Positions 38,442-48,224 are shown, counted from the stretch's first letter. The stretch: DNA of 64,000 nt from an uncultured delta proteobacterium (GCA_963815115.1 CAWFFN010000007.1:960001-1024000); one strand, 5' to 3'. Notes: generated by a model not told the origin, from the sequence alone. A program made the numbers and translations.

Positions 38442-41400
38442 TCAGGGGCAGACCAGACCGCTGCGCAGGGCCTTCACGTCCGCGACTCTCGCCTGGAGCA
38501 GCTGGGTGAACTCGGCCGCGATCTGCGGCGAGATCTGCTTCCGGCCGTTGCGGGAGCGAACCTTGGCGACCGTCGCCAGCAACCGGTGCCCGGCCGAGCG
38601 TAGTGCCGCGCGCGCCCGCGGAAGCCGGCCGGCGCCACAGAGCGAAGCCGACCGGTGTACGTCGTCCTGCGCCCGATCGATCCGCTTCCCGATTCCGGAG
38701 GCGAGACCCCCGAGCTGCGACGAGGCCTCTTCGGCCCGCCCATGGAGCGCGTCGATGCGGCAGACCACGCCGTCCATGCTGACCGCGGGGTCACATCCCG
38801 GAGGCAGCGTCGTGCTCGTGGTGCTGGTGGTGGGGACGGTCGTCGACGAGGTCGTGGTCGAGGAGGTGGTCGAGGTCGTGGTCGAGCTCGTCGCGGGATT
38901 CGTGCTGGTCGACGTCGTCGGCGGGACGGTCTCCGTCGTGCTGGTCGTCGTCGAGCTGGTCGGCGGCTCGGTCGAGCTGGTCGTCGATTCCGTCGTGCTC
39001 GTCGTGGTGGTCCCGGCCACGATGGTCGTCGTCGTCGAGGCGGTCGTGGTCGAGGTGCCCGGCTCCGTCGTGCTCGTGGTGGTGGTCGACGTAGTCGTGC
39101 TTGCCGGGATGGTCGTCGTGGGACCGTCCGCGAAGACGGCCGTGTACGTGGTGTCGGCGTCGGGGGTGGTGATCGTGTGGAACTGGACGCCGGCATCCGA
39201 CCAGCTGTCGAACGTCAGCGGGCCCTGCGGAGACGGCGCCCCGACGACCCGCTTGACGCCCACCACGCCCGTGAGCTGCGCGGGCGCCGTCACCGGCTGC
39301 CCGTCGAGGTTGAGCTGCAGGCCCGGCGGGCTGCTGTCGAGGCGGAGCGTCGCGAGACGCGGCTGGATGGACACCGAGGCGACCCCGGTGAGTCCGAAGG
39401 AGTCGGTGGCGCGCAGGACGATCTCGTAGCTGACGTTCGGAGAGGTCTCGCCCGAGTCGTTCGTCTCGAACTGGAGTGACGGCCCGGTCTGCCCGCTCAG
39501 GAAAGGGTGGTAGTGCGTGTCATGGTGGAATCGCACCTCCCACTGGAGAGCCGAATCGGACACGGCGCCGTCGTGGGCGTCGCTCGCGCTTCCGGCAACC
39601 TGGATGGTCTCCCCGCCCGAGAACAACGAGCCGTCGACGGGCTGGCTGATCGTCACGACGGGCGGCGTCCCGACGGTGATGGGCAGTCGTACGCTGTCGG
39701 AACCCTGCGTGTCGCTCACCGTGAGGGTGGCGGTGTAGAGCCCCTGGGCCGGGTAGCCGTGCAAGGGTGCCGCGTCTTCCGACGTCGGGGTGCCGTCGCC
39801 GAAGTCCCACAGGACCTGCAGCGGGTCGTCGTCGGCGGCAAACACCACGTCGACGAAGTAGTTCAACGAACGATAGGAGTCCGAGGGAAAGGTGCTGGTG
39901 CTGCCGTAGCCGAAGACGCCGTTGTTGCCCGATACTCCCGTCGCCAGCGCGTGCAGCGGTGGAGCATCCACTCCCTGATTCGCGAAGTAGTCGAGCTCGC
40001 CGCTGAAGTGTCCGTTCGGGCTGAAGTACGACGCCACGTAGACGGTGTTCGGCACGATCGCCACCGGCGTCGCGAAGCTCACCTCTTGCCAGCCGGAATC
40101 GCTCTCCGCGGTGAAGGTCGCCGTCGCCAGCAGGGTGCCGGCGCTCGACCACAGGTTCCCGACGTGCGTGCCCGTGTTGGCCGGGCCCTTGTAGAAGCGG
40201 ATGCCCGTCACGAATCCCGGCACATCGGACCTGAACTTGACCCCGAGCTCCACCGCGTCGGTGTCGCCGCCGTCCACGATCGCCGGCACCGTGGTCGCGG
40301 GCCAGATCGACTCGAGGCCGCTGATGCTCGGAACGTGGGACGATCCGGAGCTGGAGAACTGCACCGCGAGCGGCGGCGCGCCCTGCGACGGCGTCGCCGT
40401 GGCGCGCGCCACCGGCGGCGTGTTCGACCCGGTCGTCGCGATGCGGTGCACCTCGCCCGCGATGACGTCGGGGTAGTAGAGCGACCCGTCCGGCCCCGCG
40501 ATCAGGTCGGTGTTGCCCTGCAGGTTGGTGGCAAAGGGGATCGCCGGCCCGGAGGCGGTGACGCCGTCGGCGGCGAGGACCACCCGGCGGATGAAGCCCA
40601 CGACGTAGTCCCCGAAGAAGTAGCTCTGCTGGTAGTCTCCCGGGAAGTTCGTTTCGGAGCCGAAGTCGCCGCCGGTGATGGCGGCGCTGCCCTTGGGAAA
40701 ACCGACGTGACTGTACGTGAAGATGGGCTGAGTGAACTGCGGGAAGGTCGCGGAATTGAAGGTACCCTCGGTCGTGGGCCAGCCGTAGTTCTTCTTCTCC
40801 AGGACCCAGTCGACCTCTTCCCAGCTGTTCTCTCCCACGTCGCCGCAGAAGAGCCGGCCGTCGGGATGGAACCTGCAGCGCCAGGGGTTGCGGAAGCCGA
40901 GTGCCCACACCTCGGGTCGCGCGTCGAAGAGACCGACGAACGGGTTGTCGAAAGGCACGGTACCGTCGGAGTTCAGGCGGAGGATCTTGCCGTTGAGCGA
41001 GTCCGGGTCCTGCGCCTTCGTGTGGATCGCTCCGCCGTCTCCGACGGCGACGTAGAGCTTGCCGTCCTGCGGCCCGAAGCCGATCCAGCCGCCGTTGTGG
41101 TTGCCGGCGTCCGAGTCGATGTCGTCGAGGAGCACGACGTGGCTGGTCGGGTCCGCGACGTCCGGATTGCCCTGGTATCCGGCGGTCACGCGAGCGACGC
41201 GGTTCTTGGCGGTCTGGCACTGAGGCGTGCCGGGAACCTTGCACACCGAGTAGTAGAGGTAGACGAAGGAGTTGAGCGCGAAGTCCGGATCGAAGGCAAC
41301 GCCGAGCAGCCCTCGCTCGAGGAAGTCGTCGAAGGTCACCGACGGCTCGACCAGCTGCCTGACGTCGAGGAACGGCGTGCCGAGAAGCACCCCGTCCTTC

Positions 41401-41618
41401 ACGACGCGAAGCTGGCCCGTCTGCTGCGCGATGAACAGCCGCCCGTCGGGAGCGAAGGTGAGACCCACGGGCTGCGAGAGGCCGAAGGCGATGGTGGTGT
41501 CCTGGAACCCCGGCGGCACGTCGGCGAGCGCCCAGGCGCCCGAGAGCAGACATGCTGCGGCGGCGAGGACCGCGACGCGAATCCCCGGAATGCGGTGTTT
41601 GCGAGGTGCGATATTCAT
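38442..41618 (-). CDS. Secreted PQQ-dependent sugar dehydrogenase (GSDH)-PKD(DUF4082 insert)-Ig protein with Thr-rich stalk
   Basis: Signal peptide; ERGLLG, NHNGG, GKILR, GFRNPW, GDVG, NYGWP; DUF4082 [10 protein letters not shown]...GIRFYK...VDVVF; WDFGDG. Confidence 0.9.
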   Translation of the reverse strand: MNIAPRKHRIPGIRVAVLAAAACLLSGAWALADVPPGFQDTTIAFGLSQPVGLTFAPDGRLFIAQQTGQLRVVKDGVLLGTPFLDVRQLVEPSVTFDDFLERGLLGVAFDPDFALNSFVYLYYSVCKVPGTPQCQTAKNRVARVTAGYQGNPDVADPTSHVVLLDDIDSDAGNHNGGWIGFGPQDGKLYVAVGDGGAIHTKAQDPDSLNGKILRLNSDGTVPFDNPFVGLFDARPEVWALGFRNPWRCRFHPDGRLFCGDVGENSWEEVDWVLEKKNYGWPTTEGTFNSATFPQFTQPIFTYSHVGFPKGSAAITGGDFGSETNFPGDYQQSYFFGDYVVGFIRRVVLAADGVTASGPAIPFATNLQGNTDLIAGPDGSLYYPDVIAGEVHRIATTGSNTPPVARATATPSQGAPPLAVQFSSSGSSHVPSISGLESIWPATTVPAIVDGGDTDAVELGVKFRSDVPGFVTGIRFYKGPANTGTHVGNLWSSAGTLLATATFTAESDSGWQEVSFATPVAIVPNTVYVASYFSPNGHFSGELDYFANQGVDAPPLHALATGVSGNNGVFGYGSTSTFPSDSYRSLNYFVDVVFAADDDPLQVLWDFGDGTPTSEDAAPLHGYPAQGLYTATLTVSDTQGSDSVRLPITVGTPPVVTISQPVDGSLFSGGETIQVAGSASDAHDGAVSDSALQWEVRFHHDTHYHPFLSGQTGPSLQFETNDSGETSPNVSYEIVLRATDSFGLTGVASVSIQPRLATLRLDSSPPGLQLNLDGQPVTAPAQLTGVVGVKRVVGAPSPQGPLTFDSWSDAGVQFHTITTPDADTTYTAVFADGPTTTIPASTTTSTTTTSTTEPGTSTTTASTTTTIVAGTTTTSTTESTTSSTEPPTSSTTTSTTETVPPTTSTSTNPATSSTTTSTTSSTTTSSTTVPTTSTTSTTLPPGCDPAVSMDGVVCRIDALHGRAEEASSQLGGLASGIGKRIDRAQDDVHRSASLCGAGRLPRARAALRSAGHRLLATVAKVRSRNGRKQISPQIAAEFTQLLQARVADVKALRSGLVCP
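38808..39119 (-). repeat. About 100-aa Thr/Ser-rich low-complexity linker
   Basis: TTTSTTTTSTTEPGTSTTTASTTTT... encoded by imperfect ACC/ACG triplet repeats. Confidence 0.9.
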
Positions 41619-41671
41619 GGAGTCCTATAAGGAGCGGGCCGAAGGCATGGCTCGTGCTTCCCCCCCTGCTA

Positions 41672-41699
41672 TGACGCACGCCTGGACCCGATTGCGTCA
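41672..41699. promoter_or_regulatory. Palindromic candidate operator upstream of the GSDH gene
   Basis: TGACGCA-N14-TGCGTCA. Confidence 0.35.
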
Positions 41700-41722
41700 C
41701 TGGGGGCGGACCGGGGATCGGC

Positions 41723-42940
41723 CTAGCGCGACGTGTCCGCGGGGACTGCGCTCCGCGAGGCCGCGTGCCGCGCACTGAGCCACAGCAGCCAGCCCAGGAA
41801 TACGAGACAGATGGCGCTCCGCCACTGCCCGAGCAGCGGGATGCCGAGCTGGCAGATCAGCCGGGAGGGGATGAAGAAGAGGCCCAGCAGCACGGCTACC
41901 ACCAGGCCGGCGCCGGGGCGGCCCCGGAGATGGAGCGTCAGGGAGACGGCCAGGGGTGCCAGGTACACGGCGTCGAGGTCGTGCCCGTAGACGATCGTCA
42001 GGGTGATCAGGGGAAGCAGCGCGGGCACGTCGTCCTCGCAGATGCGGTCCCTGAACCACCAGAGGATCGCCGTGAGCATGATCCCGGCGACCGTCAGGTC
42101 CAGCGCCGGCCCTCCGGCCGCGGCGATCAGGCTCGGGAGACCGACGACGAAGCAGGAGCCAAGGAGATTCGGCAGGTGCGTCTTGTAGTCCGCGACCGCG
42201 CCCAGCCACGCCTTCATCTCCGTGATCGGGCCGTGCAGCAGGAGCGGATACGCCATCAGCAGGCCGGCCACGACGCCCGACACCACGATCATCCGCCAGC
42301 GGCGCTCGAGCAGGAACCACAGCAGGGGAAGCATCAGGAGCTGCGGCTTGATGCTCGCGATCGCCAGGCAGACGCCGGCCAGATCCGGCCGGCGCTTGCG
42401 ATCGAGATACCACGCGCCCTGGAGCGCGGTCGCTCCGACCAGCGATATCTGTCCGAGCCACAGCGTCTGGATGGTGAACGTCGAGAACGCGAACAGCGCC
42501 GGGAAGTACCAGATGACGCTTCGAGACGCCGGCAGCAGTCCCGGCGTCACCGGCTCCCACGCCATGCGGGCGGTCAGCCATCCAAGCAACGCGAGCGCCA
42601 GCAGATCGATCACGTGCACCAGACGCATCGCGGTGCTCTCGCTCAGGAGCGCGAGCCCCATGTAGAACGGCGCGGCGACGGGCGGGCTGGCGAAGGCCGG
42701 CAGGTAGGGATCTTCGCGCGGGAAGTGGCGGTCGAGCGACGACCGGTCGTACGGGCTCTCTCCGGCCAGCCAGCTGCGGCCCGCCGCCTGGAACACGGCG
42801 AGGTCCATGGCCCAGACCCCGTGCCGCGCGACACCGAGAATGCCGAAGCCGGTGAGCGCGCTCAGAGCGATCGCCAGCACGAGCGGTCGCGCCCACCGCT
42901 GAAGCGCGGCGCCGCGGGGAATGCGAGCGCCGGAGGACAT
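41723..42940 (-). CDS. GT87/DUF2029 family GT-C glycosyltransferase (paralog 1)
   Basis: MDLAVF...GESPY, FASPP, WLGQ, SIKPQ; polytopic. Confidence 0.82.
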   Translation of the reverse strand: MSSGARIPRGAALQRWARPLVLAIALSALTGFGILGVARHGVWAMDLAVFQAAGRSWLAGESPYDRSSLDRHFPREDPYLPAFASPPVAAPFYMGLALLSESTAMRLVHVIDLLALALLGWLTARMAWEPVTPGLLPASRSVIWYFPALFAFSTFTIQTLWLGQISLVGATALQGAWYLDRKRRPDLAGVCLAIASIKPQLLMLPLLWFLLERRWRMIVVSGVVAGLLMAYPLLLHGPITEMKAWLGAVADYKTHLPNLLGSCFVVGLPSLIAAAGGPALDLTVAGIMLTAILWWFRDRICEDDVPALLPLITLTIVYGHDLDAVYLAPLAVSLTLHLRGRPGAGLVVAVLLGLFFIPSRLICQLGIPLLGQWRSAICLVFLGWLLWLSARHAASRSAVPADTSR

Positions 42941-43134
42941 CACGTCGACGGGATCCGCACCAGCCTGGGCCCTCTATCGTGGACCCGGGATTCTCGCCAG
43001 CCTGTCGACGAGGACGATCGGCCACGCATGACCTCGACCCGCCGGCAGCGCGTTGCGCGCACCCCGGTCGTGCCGTAGATGCAGGGAGCCACGGCTCCGC
43101 GCGCGCCGGGCGCAGCCTCGATCCGCAGGAGACG

Positions 43135-43905
43135 ATGTCGCCATCGATCGATCCACCCCGCCTCTCGCACGCGACGTGGCAACACCCGGCGTTCGCGCTC
43201 ACCGCCGATCAGGACTGGGCGCCCGCCTGGGCTTCCGAGCAGCTCCTCGCAGCCGCCGCGGCGCTCGGAATGCCGCTGCACGTGTTCCGGACCAACCCCT
43301 GCCCCGTGCTCGACGAGGCCGCCGCACGAGGTCGAATCACCCAGGGATGGCATCCGAACTTCCTGCCGGGCTCGGACCACGGCGACACGCCCGAGCAGGT
43401 GATCGCCTATTGCCGCGCGCATTTTCCCGGCTGCCGCACCGCCAGGGCGCACTGCTTCATGGAGCACACCATGGCCTGGGACGCGCTCGCCGCGGCGGGG
43501 GTCATCGCCGATTCCCAGCTTCCGACCTACTTCCAGGAAGGGCTCGTCCCGCTCATGCATGCGTCGGGCATCTGGCGGCTTCCGGTCTACTTCGAGGACG
43601 ACATCTTCTTCCGCTCGTTCCCGCTCGATCTGCCTCTGGACCGCATCCAGGCGACCCTCTTCGGGCCCGGGCTGAAGGTGCTCAACTTCCATCCCACGTT
43701 CGTCGCCGCGAACGTGCCCTCGCCGGCCTACTACGCCGAGATCAAGACCCGCTGGTTCTCGCCCGCCGGCGACCACCGGAAGCTGGTCCATCCCGGCCGG
43801 GGCACCAGGGCGGTGCTCGAGGAGCTGGCGGCACTGGTCACGTCGAAGGGGTTCGCCTTCGAATCCTTCGAGGCCCTGGTCGACCGCCTCCCCGCAGTCG
43901 GCTGA
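43135..43905 (+). CDS. WbmS-like polysaccharide/NDP-sugar deacetylase (cytoplasmic)
   Basis: AGGAG RBS; TADQDWAP, GWHPNF, RAH, YFEDD, NFHP; no signal peptide. Confidence 0.78.
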   Translation: MSPSIDPPRLSHATWQHPAFALTADQDWAPAWASEQLLAAAAALGMPLHVFRTNPCPVLDEAAARGRITQGWHPNFLPGSDHGDTPEQVIAYCRAHFPGCRTARAHCFMEHTMAWDALAAAGVIADSQLPTYFQEGLVPLMHASGIWRLPVYFEDDIFFRSFPLDLPLDRIQATLFGPGLKVLNFHPTFVAANVPSPAYYAEIKTRWFSPAGDHRKLVHPGRGTRAVLEELAALVTSKGFAFESFEALVDRLPAVG

Positions 43906-43924
43906 TCGCGCACGATCCCGGGGA

Positions 43925-44932
43925 TCAGGCCCTGATCGCGAGGACGTGAGTGGTCTCGGGAAAGTGCACCAGCGTGTCGGCACGCGTCGCGAAGAACTCG
44001 TCCACCGCCTTCTTCACGCCGGAGAAGGGAACCTTCGCGCCCCGCGGCAGCTCGGGTTCCTCGGCGCAGTAGTCGTGAAACAGCATCATGCCGCCGGGCT
44101 CGAGCTTGGGGTGGAAGAACCGGCAGCATTCCATCGCCGGCTCGTACAGATCCGCGTCGTAGTAGACGAAGGCGAAGCGCTCGTCCCGCACGGCCGCCAG
44201 CGTGTCCGCGAAGAATCCCGGATGAATCCGGACGTTCGGGAAGGGCGCGAGGTAGCTTCGCACCTTGGGGAGAGTCGTGTCGGCGAACTCGCTGCGTCGC
44301 TGCGAGGGGTCGTGCGCCGACAGATCCGGAAACCCCGCGAAGCTGTCGAAGAGGCGAAGCGTCCGCCGACCGAGGATGTCACCGCCCGCGAGCAGGCTGC
44401 AGAAGGCATTGCCGCCCTGGAACACGCCGAGCTCCGCGACGTCGCCCGCGAGGTTGGCCCGATCGAGGTGCTTGAGCAGCTCCAGGTAGAGCCAGGTCCC
44501 GGCAAAGCCGCTCAGGTTCTGCGGATGGGTGTAGATTGAGAGCACGCGCGCCGTCGCGAACAGCTCGGGCGACGCCTCGATCCCCAGCGAGGCCTTCAGG
44601 CGGTGGCGATAGCTCTCGAAGTGCAGGACGGAGCAGTCGATCCAGCCGTCGGGGAAGCTCAGGCCGAATGCTGCGAGGCGGTCCCCGATCGCCCGGATGG
44701 CCGCCCCCGTATAGGCGAAGATGATCACGCGATACTCGGCGAGATTCACCCGATCGAGCTCCGCGGGCGACACGATGGGGATGCCGAACAGCGTCGTGCC
44801 CTGGGATTCCGGGCTGTCGTCGACGATGAACTCGAGGTCGAGCGGGGTCTCGCGTAACGTGAGCAGGGTGGCAAGACCCGCTCCGTAGCCGATCAGCTTG
44901 CTGCGCTTGAGCGCGTCGAGATCGATGTCCAT
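43925..44932 (-). CDS. TylF/MycF/NovP-type O-methyltransferase with N-terminal Rossmann-like domain
   Basis: GDVAELGVFQG, FDSFAGFP, GFFADTL, DADLYEP, FHDY, GVKKAVDEF; N-terminal GYGAG...FIVDD. Confidence 0.88.
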   Translation of the reverse strand: MDIDLDALKRSKLIGYGAGLATLLTLRETPLDLEFIVDDSPESQGTTLFGIPIVSPAELDRVNLAEYRVIIFAYTGAAIRAIGDRLAAFGLSFPDGWIDCSVLHFESYRHRLKASLGIEASPELFATARVLSIYTHPQNLSGFAGTWLYLELLKHLDRANLAGDVAELGVFQGGNAFCSLLAGGDILGRRTLRLFDSFAGFPDLSAHDPSQRRSEFADTTLPKVRSYLAPFPNVRIHPGFFADTLAAVRDERFAFVYYDADLYEPAMECCRFFHPKLEPGGMMLFHDYCAEEPELPRGAKVPFSGVKKAVDEFFATRADTLVHFPETTHVLAIRA

Positions 44933-44934
44933 GC

Positions 44935-45684
44935 CTACTTGATGAACTCTTCCGGAGGCACCTTCTTGACCACGCGCGCCGGATTCCCGAGGACGAGCGT
45001 CGCCTCGGGCACGTCCTGGAACACCACCGCGCCGAGCGCGACCACGGCCTCGCGTCCCACCGTGATGCCCGGATGCAGGGAAGCACCCGTCCCGACCCTC
45101 GCCCCCGCCCGGATCACCGGCCCCCGGCTCTCGCAGGGAATCGCCCGGCGGTGGCTGATCACCGTGCCCGATGCGGTACAGACCCGGGCTCCGATGAAGA
45201 CGTCGTCCTCGACGACCGTGTTCTCCGAGAGATACGAGGCGGTGAAGATGAGGCACCGGCTCCCGATCGTGACGTGGAACTCCAGGTTGACCCCGCGCCC
45301 CACCACGCTCTTCGCACCGATGGTGCAGTTCTCGCGGACCGAGGCCAGGTCGCCGAGGAAGGCCTCCTTTCCGATCCGGCATCCCGCGTACACGATCGCG
45401 CCGGTACCGATCAGCGCGCCGTCCTCGATCGTCGTCTGATTCCCGGTCGCCTGGGCTCCGAGGGTCGCGACCGCCGAGCTGTGCGGCCGCTTCCCGATCA
45501 CGGCGTGGTCCTGGACGGTCACGCCGCTGCCGATCGCGGTGCCGGGAAAGATCACGACGTGGCTCCCGATGCGCGTCCCGGCACCGATCCGGACGGCATC
45601 GTGGATGACCGCGAAGTGCGCGAACGACACGGACTCGTCGATCGTCGCCTCGGGCGAGATGACGTTGCCGTCAGACGGGGGCAC
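44935..45684 (-). CDS. Left-handed beta-helix (hexapeptide) N-acyltransferase
   Basis: Extended hexapeptide repeats; C-terminal VFQDVP...GNPAR. Confidence 0.88.
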   Translation of the reverse strand: MPPSDGNVISPEATIDESVSFAHFAVIHDAVRIGAGTRIGSHVVIFPGTAIGSGVTVQDHAVIGKRPHSSAVATLGAQATGNQTTIEDGALIGTGAIVYAGCRIGKEAFLGDLASVRENCTIGAKSVVGRGVNLEFHVTIGSRCLIFTASYLSENTVVEDDVFIGARVCTASGTVISHRRAIPCESRGPVIRAGARVGTGASLHPGITVGREAVVALGAVVFQDVPEATLVLGNPARVVKKVPPEEFIK

Positions 45685-45707
45685 CTCGCCGCCTTCCTTC
45701 CGGGAAC

Positions 45708-45953
45708 TCAGCTCGACCCGCCGGGGTCCCGTCCCTGCCGCAGCAGCTCCGCGCGCAGCGCGGCGACGGCGGTGAGGGACGGAATGTCATCGGACGAGAA
45801 GTGCACGTCGAACGCCTCCTCCACGGCCAGGATCAGCGCAAAGTGACGGAGCGAATCCCACTCCGGGGTGTTCTCCATCGAGGTGCTCTCCTGCACCAGC
45901 TCGGGAGAGACCTGGAGGGCCTCCGCCACCGTCGCGACCAGCTTGTCGCTCAC
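45708..45953 (-). CDS. Acyl carrier protein
   Basis: GTG overlaps the FkbH stop; EWDSLRHFALILAVEEAFDV with the phosphopantetheine Ser. Confidence 0.9.
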   Translation of the reverse strand: MSDKLVATVAEALQVSPELVQESTSMENTPEWDSLRHFALILAVEEAFDVHFSSDDIPSLTAVAALRAELLRQGRDPGGSS

Positions 45954-47671
45954 TGATCGCCTCGCCAGCTCACACTGAAGAGGTCCTGGCGCGGGCCATC
46001 GACCGCCCCCGCGAGCTCGAACCGCCGGCTGCCGTCCCGCTGCTCCTCCAGGAGGCGGAAGCCCGCCCGCTCGAGAAACCCGCCGGCCACCGCGTTGCGT
46101 GGTCCCGGCACGAAGGTGGCCCGGATGGCCTCGCGGGAACCCCGCCGGACGCGATCGACGCAGGCGGCGAGGAACGCGTCCTCGAAGCTCCGGCCGATGA
46201 CCCGGCAGCTCATCATGAAGCTGTCGAGCTCCCAGCGAGCATTGGCCTGCTGGTGCTCGAGGATCGCGAGTGCGATCCAGCCGTGGTCGGTGAATCGATC
46301 CTTGAGCGAAGCGGCGATCACCATCCAGCTCGGATCGTTCAGGACGCGGGCCATCTCCGCCTCGGTATACCGCTTGAGGGTGAGATTGAACTGGTTCGTC
46401 TTCTGGGTGAGCTGCGCGCTCCGCGCCAGCAGCGAGGCGTCGTTCACGCTGAAGACGGCCTCCATGCGCAGGGATCGCAGGAACTCCTCGGGGCTGCCGC
46501 ACTCCTGCAACGCGGCGGCCGTCTGCGCCCGGGCGCGGTACTGCTCGGTCTTGGCGCGGTCCTCGCTGGTGACGTTCGCCTTGTAGAACCATCGCCACGC
46601 CAGCTCCTCGCCGAAGGCCGGGAGACCGGCGGGATCGGACGGGAATTCCGGGACCGTGACCTCGGGAAGCGCGGATCGCACCTGCTCTCGCTCGACGGGA
46701 TTGTCGTCCACGAACACGAAGCTGTCCAAGCCCACCCCGAGGGTGGCGGCGAGCCGGCCGAGCCCCTCCGACTTCGACCCCCAGCCCACGTGGCGGGCAG
46801 CGATACGATCCGGCCGCAGCACCATCTCGGGGCGGGTCGCAAAGACCTCGTCGACGTCCTCCGGGTTGTTGCGCGAGCACAGGGCCACGAGCACGCCCCG
46901 GCTCTCGAGCGCTGCGACGGTGCGCTGGAACTCCGTGTAGGCGCGTCCGATGCCGTCTCCGCCGAGACGGATGCCGCCCACACCATCCTCACCGACGATC
47001 CCGCCCCAGAGCGTGTTGTCGCAGTCGAGCGCCAGCACCTTCTTCGTTCGCCCCAGGACCGCGTTCCAGTGGGACGCGAGCCGCTCGGCGAGGGCCTTCA
47101 TGCCTCGAGCCGAGAGCGGCATGCGGGCCAGGAAGTCCATCCGGGCGTCGTAGGTGACGCCCGCGCCCAGCGCGTGGGTCACGCGCTCGCGCTCGAAGAG
47201 CGACCAGCCCGCTGCTTCCCGGCACCGGCGCCGCACCTGGGCGTTGAACACCCCGGTCGCGACCGCCACGGGATCCAGCTCGGAATCGTTCAGGCCGGCG
47301 ACGGCACCCGGGAACTCCACCTCGGCGGTGGACAGGATCCAGCTCACCTCCGGATGCCGCGCGGACAGCGAGGAGATGGCCCCGAGAAGGAATTCCGCCG
47401 CCTGGGTGCCAGCCTCCTCGGGAGCGATCTCGGGACGGGGTCCCGTGAGCTGCCGCTCGAAGAGGTCGCGCGCCTCCGGAAAGACGACGGCCGCGCGGGG
47501 CGGGTCGCTCTCGAAGTCCTCGTCTGCTCCCGACCACAGCCGGAGCTCGCGATCGAACCCGCAGACCACGATCTCGGGCTTCAATCCGTAGCTCTGGAGC
47601 GCTTTCCGGAAGACCGGGGCGAACAGCTCCCACGAGGCGCGGCCGACGACGAAGATGCGCCCATCGCTCAT
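45950..47671 (-). CDS. FkbH-like HAD-IIIC glyceryl-ACP synthase
   Basis: ALDCDNTLWGG, CSRN, FVDDNPVER, KTNQFNLT, MSCRV. Confidence 0.92.
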   Translation of the reverse strand: MSDGRIFVVGRASWELFAPVFRKALQSYGLKPEIVVCGFDRELRLWSGADEDFESDPPRAAVVFPEARDLFERQLTGPRPEIAPEEAGTQAAEFLLGAISSLSARHPEVSWILSTAEVEFPGAVAGLNDSELDPVAVATGVFNAQVRRRCREAAGWSLFERERVTHALGAGVTYDARMDFLARMPLSARGMKALAERLASHWNAVLGRTKKVLALDCDNTLWGGIVGEDGVGGIRLGGDGIGRAYTEFQRTVAALESRGVLVALCSRNNPEDVDEVFATRPEMVLRPDRIAARHVGWGSKSEGLGRLAATLGVGLDSFVFVDDNPVEREQVRSALPEVTVPEFPSDPAGLPAFGEELAWRWFYKANVTSEDRAKTEQYRARAQTAAALQECGSPEEFLRSLRMEAVFSVNDASLLARSAQLTQKTNQFNLTLKRYTEAEMARVLNDPSWMVIAASLKDRFTDHGWIALAILEHQQANARWELDSFMMSCRVIGRSFEDAFLAACVDRVRRGSREAIRATFVPGPRNAVAGGFLERAGFRLLEEQRDGSRRFELAGAVDGPRQDLFSVSWRGDQ

Positions 47672-48072
47672 CTCTCGACCCATTCGATGAGTCCCAGCGC
47701 GTGGTAGAGGACGAAGGCCATGCGTCTGCCCTCGAAGGCCTGCGAGGGCACCGGCGGGCGCACGACGATGCCGCCACTCGATCGCGCCCCCTTGATCATC
47801 TCGTCGAAGTTGTCACACCGGAAGCACAGGTGATCGGGGTGTCCGCTGTCTGCTCCGGCGGTCTTGATGCGAGAGCCGGCACAGGGTTCCACGAGCTCGA
47901 TGCGGCCGCCCTGGAAGGTCAGGAAGGCGACCCGGACCTGATCCGCGCTCACCAGCGTTGCGGGCAGCTCCACTCGCGCACCCAGCATCTCCCACCTCCG
48001 GGTCGACGCTGCCATGTCCGTCACCAGGTAGGCTGTGTGATGGAGCTCCGGGTTCTCGGGAGCAGGTACCAT
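47668..48072 (-). CDS. VOC family protein (methylmalonyl-CoA epimerase-like)
   Basis: LHHTAY, RIELVEP, DHLCF, LIEWVE: the four metal-ligand positions H/E/H/E are retained. Stop overlaps the FkbH start. Confidence 0.85.
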   Translation of the reverse strand: MVPAPENPELHHTAYLVTDMAASTRRWEMLGARVELPATLVSADQVRVAFLTFQGGRIELVEPCAGSRIKTAGADSGHPDHLCFRCDNFDEMIKGARSSGGIVVRPPVPSQAFEGRRMAFVLYHALGLIEWVER

Positions 48073-48224
48073 TCTCGACCGAAATTATCGCTCGGGAGGG
48101 GGCATGTGTCGAGCGACCGACACGACGGGACGGTGAGCGCGCCAGTGCACGCGGCGACGAGCAGCGGAGCACTGCGTCCGCCGTCGTCGCCGCACGCACA
48201 TCGCGCGAAGCGACTCGAAGCAGA

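Noticed and set aside
38808-39119. CRISPR-like or tandem DNA repeat array
   Set aside because: Triplet-level repetition encoding a Thr/Ser linker; no fixed repeat-spacer structure and no cas genes.
45708-47671. Polyketide, tetronate or methoxymalonyl-ACP cluster
   Set aside because: No ketosynthase, FabH-like enzyme or FkbI/FkbK dehydrogenases; the context is sugar enzymes.
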